From NCBI GenBank assembly GCA_965223335.1, contig OZ244991.1:2528001-2592000 (forward strand): DNA of 64,000 bases. The letters run 5' to 3'. The notes beneath the pieces were generated by a model. That model ran no database searches. It was not told the DNA's origin and saw only the letters and a list, made by a program, of their open reading frames with translations. The position numbers were made by a program, and so were the translations under genes. This document shows positions 28,711 through 38,790 of this stretch, one piece after another; position 1 is the first letter of the stretch, and each line of letters starts with the position of its first letter. Source of the stretch: Thermodesulfobacteriota bacterium (GTDB lineage: Bacteria; Desulfobacterota_D; UBA1144; Nemesobacterales; UBA2774).

Positions 28711-30804
28711 TTATTTTTTTGGAGAGCCGATTAACGGAGTCTTAACCGGTTTTGCAAGCCCAATAAACACCACTATCTCGTGTCCACCCGGGTTTTGAGG
28801 AACCGCAAGAATCTCCCAGTTATTAGTGAGCCACACATTACCGGACGGATCTATTGCCACACCCGTGTTACGAACCAAGGCGTCACTGTTATAACCCCCC
28901 TCGGGCGATATAGGGTCTCCTGTACTAAAACCCGGGGGGCAGTTCTCGGGCACTGCACCACAAAAGTGCGACACGCGCTTGCCCTCAAAGTTGGCTACCC
29001 ACACGTTATCGTGTCCATCCACCGCAATGCCCCACGGCAAAAGTAACCCGCCACCCTTATAAGGTGCGTCCTCAGCCGGTGTGCCGTCGGATTCGATCAT
29101 TGTTATCGAAGCGTCTCGGCCGATAAACTCTTGTGCCAGGATTAAAAAAACCACCTCTGCGAGCGAAGGAACATCGCTTCCGTCACAGGGTGTGCGAATA
29201 AACCCGGAATTAGATACCCATACGTTGCCGAGGCTGTCGCTTGCGATTCCCATCGGAAAACTGATCCCGGCGTCACTTGCCTCGGTACCGCTGATAGAGT
29301 GCAGCAGATTACCATCGGTGTCGAACGCGAGCACGCTGTCATTGGCGTTGTTGGTAACCCATGCATTTCCCATGGTATCGATCGCAATATCAAAGGGTTT
29401 AGATAATATCGATGTGCCTGTGCCATCCTCAGGAGCGATGACAAATGCTTCATCCGGGTCGCCTCCCGGGAACTGGATCACACTGTCGCCGCTACAGTTG
29501 GCGATCCATATGTTGCCCTGGGTATCAGAGACCGTACCTTGCGGCTGCCGTATCGCATTACCCGCCCCCTTAAATCCCCCATGGTCCTGGCCGGATTCGT
29601 TACCCTGGCTGTTAGGTGAGATCGGCGTGCCGTCCGATGCAAATTTCGAGACCGTCTGCGACAACTCCTCTATGTCAAAGGGACAATTAGTGCCCTGAAA
29701 ACCAAAGTTCCCCACCCATACGTTACCATCGGGATCAAGCGTAATTCCAAAACCCACACCGTATACCCCGCCGCCCTGATAAGGTGCCCCCGGAAAGTCT
29801 TCCCCAGTGGGGGTGAACTTGAGCACATGGTCGTCGCCACATACCTTGCCTTGCGGATCCAAAGGATCTAGGTCAAATACATAGTTGTTCGTGATCCAGG
29901 CGTTACCATCTTTGTCAAAGGCAATATTGCCGGGCCCGTTCAGCTCTTGGCCGTTACCATCGTATCTGATGGCAAGCGTCCATGCGTTTAGTTCTGCACC
30001 GGTTGCGAGTGCTGGTACGTATAGAGGTTGTTGTAGAGAGAGAGCTAACAGGCTCTCAACGTTCTGCCAGGGGAAATGTGCGATGTTTACTGCGGCTCGA
30101 AATGTATTAGTGGGTGCATTGCCCTGGGGTGGTGTGGCAAGAGAAAAAAGCACAGAACATTCCGACTCCGTTCTCACACAAGCCGCGAGCATGTTAGCGA
30201 GCGAATTCAACGTAGCCATAGTCGTGGTACTTACACCATTAGGAAAAGTCCCGAGCGCAAGTCCTATATCCCCCGTCTCAATGTCTACGAGGTTTCTTAA
30301 GATCAAAGCCGCATTCTGCAACCCGGGCTCCTTTCCACCGATACCGACCGGTGTAATGAATTGGGCCATAGCATACGAGGTCGCAATGGTTGTCCTCTCG
30401 TTTATTACAATTTGTGTCGGCACCGGTCGCTGGCCTAGTACCGTGGCCAGCCGAATAAAATCCGGTCCAGTGTTTTGCCTTGCCCCTGACAGGTTAGTAA
30501 AAGCGCTATCGGCAGTAAGGTACAGCACCGCTTTTTGATCTGTTGGGGCGCGATATGAAATGCTGAAAAAACCGGTAGCATCGCTTACGGCCTCTCCAAG
30601 CACCCCGGGCCCCTGCCCCGTCCCCGTAACGTAGAGGGTCACAGCAGATGACTCGATGGGCAGATTACCACTCAGAACAAACCCGTTTACAGTATCTAAT
30701 TTGTCACTTGACGAGCATGAAAGCAACGAAAATGCCATTAGGGCAAAGCACAAAATACGAAGGTATGAAAAATTGATCAGTTGGATCTTTTTGACGGATA
30801 GCAT
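28711..30804 (-). CDS. NHL/beta-propeller repeat lipoprotein
   Basis: Repeated P.GIA.D..GNVWV.N; lipobox LLSC. Confidence 0.8.
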   Translation of the reverse strand: MLSVKKIQLINFSYLRILCFALMAFSLLSCSSSDKLDTVNGFVLSGNLPIESSAVTLYVTGTGQGPGVLGEAVSDATGFFSISYRAPTDQKAVLYLTADSAFTNLSGARQNTGPDFIRLATVLGQRPVPTQIVINERTTIATSYAMAQFITPVGIGGKEPGLQNAALILRNLVDIETGDIGLALGTFPNGVSTTTMATLNSLANMLAACVRTESECSVLFSLATPPQGNAPTNTFRAAVNIAHFPWQNVESLLALSLQQPLYVPALATGAELNAWTLAIRYDGNGQELNGPGNIAFDKDGNAWITNNYVFDLDPLDPQGKVCGDDHVLKFTPTGEDFPGAPYQGGGVYGVGFGITLDPDGNVWVGNFGFQGTNCPFDIEELSQTVSKFASDGTPISPNSQGNESGQDHGGFKGAGNAIRQPQGTVSDTQGNIWIANCSGDSVIQFPGGDPDEAFVIAPEDGTGTSILSKPFDIAIDTMGNAWVTNNANDSVLAFDTDGNLLHSISGTEASDAGISFPMGIASDSLGNVWVSNSGFIRTPCDGSDVPSLAEVVFLILAQEFIGRDASITMIESDGTPAEDAPYKGGGLLLPWGIAVDGHDNVWVANFEGKRVSHFCGAVPENCPPGFSTGDPISPEGGYNSDALVRNTGVAIDPSGNVWLTNNWEILAVPQNPGGHEIVVFIGLAKPVKTPLIGSPKK

Positions 30805-30972
30805 TTGCTACATCTCCTCCCCATTCAAATATTTATTGATGAATCCACCAGATGTGCGGGCACACACAACTTTACTAATTCATACTATACCTCAATTACA
30901 AATTATAAGGTAAGCATGTCAATTTTTTATTAGGAAGATAAAAAAGGTTACGAATTGGCATTATCCATCCTC

Positions 30973-32118
30973 TTAATCGGCACAGTACTCCTCAATATCC
31001 TTTCTTGCCTGCTCTATCCCCATATCGAGTGCCTTGGTAAAATTCTCGCAGCTCGCGGTCCGATTATCCTTATAACGCAGCGCCAGTCCTTTCTTGTAGT
31101 AGACGTCGGGGCGTTTGGGATTTATCTCAATCGCCTTATCAAAATCAGCCAAGGCACCGTCGTAGTCCTTCATCAGAGCCTTGCTTACCCCCCTGTTGAC
31201 GTAGGCCTGTAGAAAATCGGGATTAAGCTCTATGGCCCTATTATAGTTCTCAACGGCTGCTTGATAGTCCTTGAGTTCATACATCACATAGCCCATGTTT
31301 TGGTGTGCCTGCTCTGAGTTGGGGTTAAGCTCTATAGCTTTTTTAAAATCCCTACGCGCCCCCTCCAAATTCTTGAGCTTCCCCTTCAAGCGGCCTCGGT
31401 TATTATAGGCATCAGAGTACATAGGGTCTAGCTCAATGGCCTTGTTGTAATCTGCCATGGCACCAATCGTATCGCCCAAAGCGTCCTTTATGTTGGCTCT
31501 GTTATAATAGGCCAATACAAATCTCGGGTTCAATTCGATCGCTTTTGAATAGTCCTCGAGGGCCCCCTTTTTGTCACCCATAATGACCAACACATTACCC
31601 CTGTTGTTATATGCCATAGAGAACTCTGGTTTAATCTTTATGGCCTGGTTAAAATCAGAGATCGCCCCCTTCAAGTCGCCCTGCCTCTTCCTTAGATTGC
31701 CCCTGTTGTTCCATGCCATCACAAAATCCGGATCAAGCTCAATCACCTTGTTAAAATCCTTGAGCGCTCCCGGGTAATCACCTGCATTATCCCTGATGTT
31801 GCCTCTGTTATTATATGCAGCAGCAAATTCCGGATTGATCTCTATAGTCTTGTTATAGTCATCCATCGCTCCTTTTACATTTCCCATATAACCCTTAGTC
31901 ACTCCCCTCACATAGTACGCTCTAGCCAATGTAGGATCGAGCTCAATGGCCTTGTTAAAGTCCAGTACTGCTTGGGCATAGTTGCCCTCCTCTCCTTTTT
32001 TGATCCCACTCTCCAGGTAGGATTCGGCAGACTCACCCAATGCGGACATCGGCATTATGATTATTGCAGTGATCATGATTAGATGTCGTAGTGTGAAACG
32101 GGAGCATAAGATTCTCAT
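30973..32118 (-). CDS. Secreted tetratricopeptide repeat protein
   Basis: About nine AY.NRG...D..KAIE.NP repeats; signal peptide. Confidence 0.92.
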   Translation of the reverse strand: MRILCSRFTLRHLIMITAIIIMPMSALGESAESYLESGIKKGEEGNYAQAVLDFNKAIELDPTLARAYYVRGVTKGYMGNVKGAMDDYNKTIEINPEFAAAYNNRGNIRDNAGDYPGALKDFNKVIELDPDFVMAWNNRGNLRKRQGDLKGAISDFNQAIKIKPEFSMAYNNRGNVLVIMGDKKGALEDYSKAIELNPRFVLAYYNRANIKDALGDTIGAMADYNKAIELDPMYSDAYNNRGRLKGKLKNLEGARRDFKKAIELNPNSEQAHQNMGYVMYELKDYQAAVENYNRAIELNPDFLQAYVNRGVSKALMKDYDGALADFDKAIEINPKRPDVYYKKGLALRYKDNRTASCENFTKALDMGIEQARKDIEEYCAD

Positions 32119-32286
32119 AAGCTTACTACCTCCAATAATTAGGCACTTATCTATATTAATTCATGATCGTATAATGCTCAATTCGTATAATCTCTGCCCT
32201 TAGTCATGTGTGGCCAATATCATTGTGCTGGCTTACTAATTATGATAATATCGAATCATTATTTATCGGTTGTTCAACTGTAGGGG

Positions 32287-33258
32287 ATGATGATAGTAAA
32301 GAAAAATATCAACAGCCGTAGGCTTGTGGTATTACTAATTATCTTATGTCTAAGCGTTCTTGGCGCTTGCAGCAAGAGTTCTTCTCAAGAAGACCCAATA
32401 GTAAGCAGCCGTGATGAGTGTGTTGACGTACCCCAATGTACATCGGTCACAGCCACAAACCTAACACCCATAGATAAAAACGGGGTCCACTCGCTGCACC
32501 TGGTTTGCCCCGACGAAGCCCCTTATATTCATAACCTAGACGTCGATCAGGACCGCAATGTAATAGTCGAGGTATTTGGGTTGGCAGACGACGCTGTCTC
32601 AGTCTTTTTCCGCAAGCACGACCCCGACCAACCCGGTCGCTACCAGGCTTTTTTAGGCTGCTCGAGCATCCCGTTCACCAAGGGCGAACGCTTCAACGGA
32701 CGTTCTTTCGCACCTGTTAACATAGCCGACGAGGCCTCACCCGCACCCGATGCGAGCTACACGCCCCCAAACGCATGCGACAATAGTATCCCGGCATGCC
32801 TCAATGTAACATCCGCCTTGCATAAGATCGGCCACCTAAAAACCCATAAATCCGATGTTATATGCCCCAACTCCCATCCTTGGTACGCTCTGGCTTGGGT
32901 AAGCTTCCGTTCGAGTAAAGCAATATCTATTACAGAAGACCCTTTTGCCATCACACGATTCCGCGGCGACGGCGACGCCTTTTTGGTCACCAACTGGAGC
33001 GCATTCCACGACCACCACTGGCAGATTGCCATAGCATGCTCTTCGGACTGTGCATTCTCGGATAAGGGTTGCCCTAACCTACCGTGTAAAACGGGATGTC
33101 GCAATGACCCCGGCTGCAAAACTATAGTCCCCAGAAAAACCGAATGTGCCGGACACACTGGTAATTGCTGGTCTACTTGGGAAGAACTGTGTCCAGATAA
33201 TGAAAAATGGTTCTGCGACACAGCCCAGTTTTGGACCTGCTGCGAAACCTGTAACTAG
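32287..33258 (+). CDS. Cysteine-rich lipoprotein with two repeated domains
   Basis: Lipobox LGAC; VCPDEAPY / ICPNSHPWY repeats; Cys-dense C-terminus. Confidence 0.7.
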   Translation: MMIVKKNINSRRLVVLLIILCLSVLGACSKSSSQEDPIVSSRDECVDVPQCTSVTATNLTPIDKNGVHSLHLVCPDEAPYIHNLDVDQDRNVIVEVFGLADDAVSVFFRKHDPDQPGRYQAFLGCSSIPFTKGERFNGRSFAPVNIADEASPAPDASYTPPNACDNSIPACLNVTSALHKIGHLKTHKSDVICPNSHPWYALAWVSFRSSKAISITEDPFAITRFRGDGDAFLVTNWSAFHDHHWQIAIACSSDCAFSDKGCPNLPCKTGCRNDPGCKTIVPRKTECAGHTGNCWSTWEELCPDNEKWFCDTAQFWTCCETCN

Positions 33259-33390
33259 GCAACAGCGAATTTGTTGCTCTTGGAACTAAGCATGTAAATC
33301 GCTACTAACCAATTGCATCTGCATTTTGCAGCATGCTATAATGAGGTTGTATTACAGTCTTAAAGCACTTTATACAGCGGAGGCAACATT

Positions 33391-33579
33391 ATGGGGAATA
33401 GAAAAGTAATAGACTGTAGAAATATGCCGAGCGAAAGTGACTGCACGATCTCCATTAGCGGCACCGAAGAAGAGATTCTACCACTTGCTGTTTATCACGC
33501 TATCACTGTCCATGGTCATCAAGAAACCGTGGAGCTAAAGGAACAAATCAAAGCTATGCTTGAGGACGAGCCCGAGTGA
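33391..33579 (+). CDS. DUF1059 family protein
   Basis: RKVIDCR..PSESDC, GTEEE, HAITVHG; RBS GGAGG. Confidence 0.85.
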   Translation: MGNRKVIDCRNMPSESDCTISISGTEEEILPLAVYHAITVHGHQETVELKEQIKAMLEDEPE

Positions 33580-33583
33580 GCTT

Positions 33584-33919
33584 TTAGTAGCTATTTTTCT
33601 TAGGCACATCGATGGTCTCGGTACCTGCCTGTCTAAATGCAGCCAGGCCTTCCTCCGGGGAAAATATTTCTGTGGTCTTACAGTGGGTCAAATACCCTTT
33701 GGACTGGGCTGCCAACAGAGTGCTTAAAGCGTCCACCCCGGTTGGCACCTCATATATTGTAAATGCATGATAATCCCCAAATGAGTAATAGAAGGAAATT
33801 AGTTTGCCACCGACCTGTTCTAGGTGCTCCCTTACTTTGGCAACCCTATACTCAGGCGTCTCTATCATGGCTTCAAGAGCCTCAGGTGTGTACGAGAACT
33901 GACTCAGATATAACGGCAT
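33584..33919 (-). CDS. GYD domain protein
   Basis: MPLYLSQFSYT, GGKL..FYYSFGDY. Confidence 0.85.
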   Translation of the reverse strand: MPLYLSQFSYTPEALEAMIETPEYRVAKVREHLEQVGGKLISFYYSFGDYHAFTIYEVPTGVDALSTLLAAQSKGYLTHCKTTEIFSPEEGLAAFRQAGTETIDVPKKNSY

Positions 33920-34080
33920 GATCTACCCCTTCCCCCATTCGGACCAATCTCTCAGATCAATCTTCGGCCTATATATAAATGATACCTGGTGGGAAACGTA
34001 AATCTATCAGAAGACAAATAATCGGCTAATAACGCTTGATAATTATCCAATGACATAATTAACACAACACACTCATGAGA

Positions 34081-34461
34081 CTAAAAATCAAAACAGATCA
34101 TTTCCGATTCCCCGACAATAGTTGGTACTGTTCCCACCAATGTGCCGTTCTCGTTTATTGTCAAATTCATATATAAACCACCGCTTGGACATTCCATAGT
34201 TTGGCAATCCGGGGCTGTACAATCAGTCTCAGGTGGTACTAAAAAATCTATTCCAAGTCCATTAACTTCAACTCCACAAAGAAAAGGTTCACAAAACAAT
34301 ACAAGGTCTTCAGCTATACATTCCGATTCCAACACATCCCCGCGAGTAGTACACTGCGGTTCAGGAGCTCCATCCCCATGAACATTATTGCTTCCATCGT
34401 TGTTCCCACAACCAATTACTACTAGCGAAATCATTATTAGCGCAATCGCTACGGTCTTCAT
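34081..34461 (-). CDS. Small Cys-rich lipoprotein
   Basis: Lipobox VIGC; RBS GGAGG before ATG 34461. Confidence 0.65.
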   Translation of the reverse strand: MKTVAIALIMISLVVIGCGNNDGSNNVHGDGAPEPQCTTRGDVLESECIAEDLVLFCEPFLCGVEVNGLGIDFLVPPETDCTAPDCQTMECPSGGLYMNLTINENGTLVGTVPTIVGESEMICFDF

Positions 34462-34590
34462 ATTGCCCACCTCCATTAATTTAATAATACATTAAATATA
34501 TGGAATACAATGGGAAACTTATGGATATAGCAATAGAAATGTAAGCGCAGCTAAAGTTGAAGACTGACTTAATTAGATACTAAGTGCGGG

Positions 34591-34782
34591 TCACTTTGCA
34601 TCCTCTAACTCTACATTACGCACACACTGGGTCAGGTTGGCAGTCTCGTCCGTGTACTTGGTCTTTTCACACTCTATGCGTTTTTGATAATATACATTTT
34701 GCTCTCTAAACTCGTTCTGTTTAGAGGCCCCGGCACATCCGGCACACAAAACCAAAACGCCGATTACAAGCACATACTTCAT
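34591..34782 (-). CDS. Small lipoprotein
   Basis: 63 aa, lipobox CAGC, one further Cys pair. Confidence 0.6.
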   Translation of the reverse strand: MKYVLVIGVLVLCAGCAGASKQNEFREQNVYYQKRIECEKTKYTDETANLTQCVRNVELEDAK

Positions 34783-34846
34783 CGCCTACCGACCCCCTGC
34801 GCAACGGTTACATGATATTAAACCCGAAAAAGACCGCTACCACTAT

Positions 34847-36682
34847 TTATTCCGCCTGTTCCAGTACGAGCTCCTGCATCATTCCCACATCCTCATGTGT
34901 GAGAATATGACAGTGCATTACATATGTGCCATAAGTAATCGGATCGAACCAGGTTCGGAATGTCACAGAACCCGCGTTATCCACGATGTTGCCCCCGCCG
35001 CTTGTATCTGCAGCCGGCACAAGAATCGTATCGTGCCACTCGGGACGCTCTAGCTCTACACCGTTTATATGAGTGAGTAAAAACGGGTTTTGGTGAATGT
35101 GAAACGGGTGGTCCGAGTTCGACCGGTTTAGCACCGTCCATTCCTCAAAAGTCCCTGTTACCATGGGTTCAAGCCCCGAGTAAAGCGGCGCACCCGCTGT
35201 AAATAGCCCCTCTTTGAGAAATATAAACGGCGGCCCCTCTGCGGGGTTAGGAATACCGGTATCATCGGCATCGCGCATCATGATGAGGTTGTTAAAAGTG
35301 CCCTGCCAGTAATCTTCGTCATACCTATCAAAATAATATGTACACACGTCATTTACTTTTTCGTTTAGTGTATTCTGCGTGCCCGGTGAGCATATCTCAA
35401 ACGATACGTTCCTGGTCTCTGCAATCTCGGCGTTTTGCATCTGCTGTATGCTAGGCAGTCCCCTCGGGGCCGGGAGTGCACCGCTGGGCAGGTCCATATC
35501 CACCGGGTTGCCCTCGACTACAATAGTCGCAAGAGTGTGGGGGTAAGTGTCGAGAGTTGGGAAATCACCGCCTATGCGTGAATCCCTCTTTGCGGGATCG
35601 ATCCCTGCGAGCGATGATATCGATCTAGGAGTGGATGGGTCTAGGACCTGCAACCGATATATCCCCGGCAGACCGGCTTGTATCATCATATCCACTCGGT
35701 TCCCCACACCCATCACATAGCCCTCTCCCACTCCCAGGTTTACCACCTGGCTCAGGTTAAGCCCGTCTGCAGCCACAGCACTCATACTGTGCCCCTCGAG
35801 AGCAATCACAAGGGTTTCACCCGACGCAGCGTTTAGGATTCTCCAGCGCTGCACCTCCCCCGGGCGCATCCTAAGTGTAGGATTAATCACACCGTTTACG
35901 GTGATATAAAACTTGCTGTCACGGAAAAACTGCCACAGGCTCGGAGCCGTAACCCCAATCCCGGGGTTCTGTGAAAAATTTTCAGCCTCCATATTTACAA
36001 ACGGCACCTGCCCATTTTGGTCAGTCCTCACAATCCCTATACCCATTACCACATTCTTAGCCGCTGCGATCTCTGGGATCTGGTTAAGCCCGCAGTCCTC
36101 TCGGTCGATAATCAAGAACCCGAACATACCGCCAAAGAACTGGAAGCTCACCGATCCGTGCTTGTGGGGATGGTACCAAAACGTCCCGCACGCATGGTCC
36201 TCGGGGATCTCAACCTCAATGGGGTTCTCGGAACCCGGCTCCATCAGCCTAAGCACATTGTCCGATATTCCGCGCGGAGACACACTGAGCCCGTGCGTGT
36301 GGAAATTAGTCGTGTACGGATCGTGCGGAAACGCCCCCATCCGCTGGCTAGAAGGGTTGGGGGGCAGATTGTTCTGAAAGGTGATGTCCAATGTATCACC
36401 GGGCTCTACTTTATACGTCGGGCCGATGAGTTGCCCCTGATACGAAGGTGTCTCCACAATATCGACCTGATTGGTGTTTACATTCTCTACTGCATTAGTA
36501 CCGATTAATGTTTCAAGCGTAGTCCTCAATACCCCGTTTATAGATTGAAGCACTTTGGGTTCCGGGAATTTCGGTTTTGAAGACCCTCCACCGCATCCTC
36601 CAGATGTTGTAAAAGCTATTAAAGTGATTAGTACCAAAAGTGATAAGACCGATATTACACTTCTTTTCGCCATTTCCCTCAT
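34847..36682 (-). CDS. Multicopper oxidase lipoprotein
   Basis: HTHG, WYHPHKH, HPFHIH and HCHILTHEDVGMM copper motifs. Confidence 0.95.
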   Translation of the reverse strand: MREMAKRSVISVLSLLVLITLIAFTTSGGCGGGSSKPKFPEPKVLQSINGVLRTTLETLIGTNAVENVNTNQVDIVETPSYQGQLIGPTYKVEPGDTLDITFQNNLPPNPSSQRMGAFPHDPYTTNFHTHGLSVSPRGISDNVLRLMEPGSENPIEVEIPEDHACGTFWYHPHKHGSVSFQFFGGMFGFLIIDREDCGLNQIPEIAAAKNVVMGIGIVRTDQNGQVPFVNMEAENFSQNPGIGVTAPSLWQFFRDSKFYITVNGVINPTLRMRPGEVQRWRILNAASGETLVIALEGHSMSAVAADGLNLSQVVNLGVGEGYVMGVGNRVDMMIQAGLPGIYRLQVLDPSTPRSISSLAGIDPAKRDSRIGGDFPTLDTYPHTLATIVVEGNPVDMDLPSGALPAPRGLPSIQQMQNAEIAETRNVSFEICSPGTQNTLNEKVNDVCTYYFDRYDEDYWQGTFNNLIMMRDADDTGIPNPAEGPPFIFLKEGLFTAGAPLYSGLEPMVTGTFEEWTVLNRSNSDHPFHIHQNPFLLTHINGVELERPEWHDTILVPAADTSGGGNIVDNAGSVTFRTWFDPITYGTYVMHCHILTHEDVGMMQELVLEQAE

Positions 36683-36797
36683 CCTCCAATTAGTATGTTT
36701 ATGAACTTATAAAGACAACAAAGCTAACAACAATTAGAACTACGTATTCTATATTAACTGGTTACTTAAATATTGTTGAGTATCCGGTAGAAGACAC

Positions 36798-37613
36798 TTA
36801 TTTTGCCGCAGATGAAATAAACAGGTGGTTAGATGCCCTCCCGTCTTCGACCAGTTTCAGATACGTATCGAAATACTCAATATGATAACGTGTGTTCTCC
36901 TCTCCCTGCTCTCGGGCAATCTCGGTCTCATTATTTCTATAGGCATCTCCCCATTTTTTCACCTGCACCCAAAAATCAGCAACATACTCCGTGATCTCCT
37001 CTATCTGAAACCCAGCCGACACGAGCATGGATTTATAGCTCGAGTACGAGTCATAGTACTGTGGGATCAGGTACCCCCTGGCCAGCTTTTGTTTGACCTC
37101 GTCGTTGTCCGGCATCTCAAACGTACCGCTTAGAAATGCCCATATACCCGAGGGTTTCAACACTCGGTGAACCTCTTTAAAGAGCTTCGTTTTATCACTG
37201 AACACATTCATCACATTTAGGCTAATCGCATAATCAAAAGCGCTGTTCTGAAACGGCATATCCACCGCATCACCTACGTGAAACTCCGTTTTGTCCCCAA
37301 GCCCAGCGTTCGTAGCCAGTTTATTCGACACCCCTACGCCCACATCGTTTATATCAATCCCCGTGACCCTGCACCCGGTGTTGCTGGCAATGTACACCGC
37401 CGGGCCCCCTGCCCCACTACCCACATCAAGCACTTGGCTTGTTTCATCTATCCCAAGCCTCCGGACCAGTTCATCCAGGTAGCGCGGGGTAATAAACGAC
37501 TGCTGCCCTATGTCGTTTTCTTTGCCCCAAATCGAATCCCTAATAAGCCTGTTGGCGGGGCTATCGAGCTGGTGGAGCTCGGAATAGTCCACCCCTATCT
37601 GTCTCTCGCTCAT
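36798..37613 (-). CDS. Class I SAM-dependent methyltransferase
   Basis: VLDVGSGAGG, VTGID, RVLKPSG; start at ATG 37613 after GGAGG. Confidence 0.9.
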   Translation of the reverse strand: MSERQIGVDYSELHQLDSPANRLIRDSIWGKENDIGQQSFITPRYLDELVRRLGIDETSQVLDVGSGAGGPAVYIASNTGCRVTGIDINDVGVGVSNKLATNAGLGDKTEFHVGDAVDMPFQNSAFDYAISLNVMNVFSDKTKLFKEVHRVLKPSGIWAFLSGTFEMPDNDEVKQKLARGYLIPQYYDSYSSYKSMLVSAGFQIEEITEYVADFWVQVKKWGDAYRNNETEIAREQGEENTRYHIEYFDTYLKLVEDGRASNHLFISSAAK

Positions 37614-37647
37614 CTTGCTGCAACCTCCCATTCAAGTTGAAATATAA

Positions 37648-38790
37648 CTATCCCATGAATTTATTTATATAACAATTCCCATGCACATTCTTACCCGGCA
37701 ATATGTTGAGCCCAAACCCAAATCTACCTCTACAATCCAATTGGTCAAAGTCGAGTTCCCCACACTTGCCGAACTTAAGAGACGGACTGCAAATATCCTC
37801 AACAAGCAGATAGGTCCCAAATGCCCCTTCCTGAGACACTACTAGGTCTCTGTATGCATTGGCTACAGTTAACGCACCCCTGGTGAGTATGCTTGTCTCT
37901 CCTGCATGCGCCCCGACAATAATATCCAGTCCATCACTTCGTGCCTGTTTTGCAATTGCCAGGGTTCTCAACAGCCCCCCCAGCTTTGAGATACGGATGT
38001 TTAATATCCATATATCAGGGTCATGTTTAATTTCTCCGAACTGCTCTTCGTTTACAAAGCTTTCGTCCAAAACTATTTTTGTGCCGAGCTCAGACGATAT
38101 CTTGCGCAACTCATCGTATCTACATGCAACTAAAGGCTCCTCAACCGCATATAGTCGATAGTTGAGTGAGAACAAATACGAGATCGCTGCCTGTGTAGAT
38201 TCCCAAAGATTGTTAGCATCTACCCTAACCCGCAACTCCCTAGTCTCAGTTCTCTTCAGATACTCAAATAGCAATTTATCATGATCTAAATCACCCGAGA
38301 GCTTAATCTTGAACTCTTTAAAACCCATATCGAGATATCTTTTAATCTGCGCCAATGTTGCCTTGTAATTATCCACGCCGACCACCGCCGTGTATGTAAA
38401 ATCGCCCTGGATCTGAGGTAGACCGAGCAGGTCTTCGACCGTTTTATTATCTTCCCTGCCAATTAAATCCAAGAGCGCCAGTTCAACTGCACACCACCAA
38501 GCCGGGTTACGATCGATTAACAACTTGTTATTGACTAAAAAATTCCTTAGGCCCTCCAGATCCTTTATCCGAGATATAAGATCCTTGTTTTCGTAGAAAA
38601 GTTTGACTGCACTCCCAATATCCTCACCCGTGACATACATACGAGGACACCCTTCCCCATAACCGACATGCTCAGCTGTCTTGGCAATAACCATTACACT
38701 CTGGGTACAAGCGTGCTCTGCGGAGTTATGCCTGAATCTTTCCCTAAACGGAATACTGAGCCTCTTTATATCTAGTCCATTTATTCTCAT
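37648..38790 (-). CDS. Enolase superfamily (muconate cycloisomerase / dipeptide epimerase-like) enzyme
   Basis: GYGE, KIK, RVDAN, EEP, DES, NIRISKLGG. Confidence 0.88.
   Translation of the reverse strand: MRINGLDIKRLSIPFRERFRHNSAEHACTQSVMVIAKTAEHVGYGEGCPRMYVTGEDIGSAVKLFYENKDLISRIKDLEGLRNFLVNNKLLIDRNPAWWCAVELALLDLIGREDNKTVEDLLGLPQIQGDFTYTAVVGVDNYKATLAQIKRYLDMGFKEFKIKLSGDLDHDKLLFEYLKRTETRELRVRVDANNLWESTQAAISYLFSLNYRLYAVEEPLVACRYDELRKISSELGTKIVLDESFVNEEQFGEIKHDPDIWILNIRISKLGGLLRTLAIAKQARSDGLDIIVGAHAGETSILTRGALTVANAYRDLVVSQEGAFGTYLLVEDICSPSLKFGKCGELDFDQLDCRGRFGFGLNILPGKNVHGNCYINKFMG

Noticed and set aside
30973..32118. Periodic ~102-bp DNA repeats resembling an array
   Set aside because: They are degenerate TPR-coding repeats within one ORF, not CRISPR.
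38744..38790. 47-nt overlaps at GH3/enolase and photolyase/hypothetical (43268-43314) as possible frameshifts or fusions
   Set aside because: Each protein appears complete with a plausible start, so ordinary operon overlap explains them.
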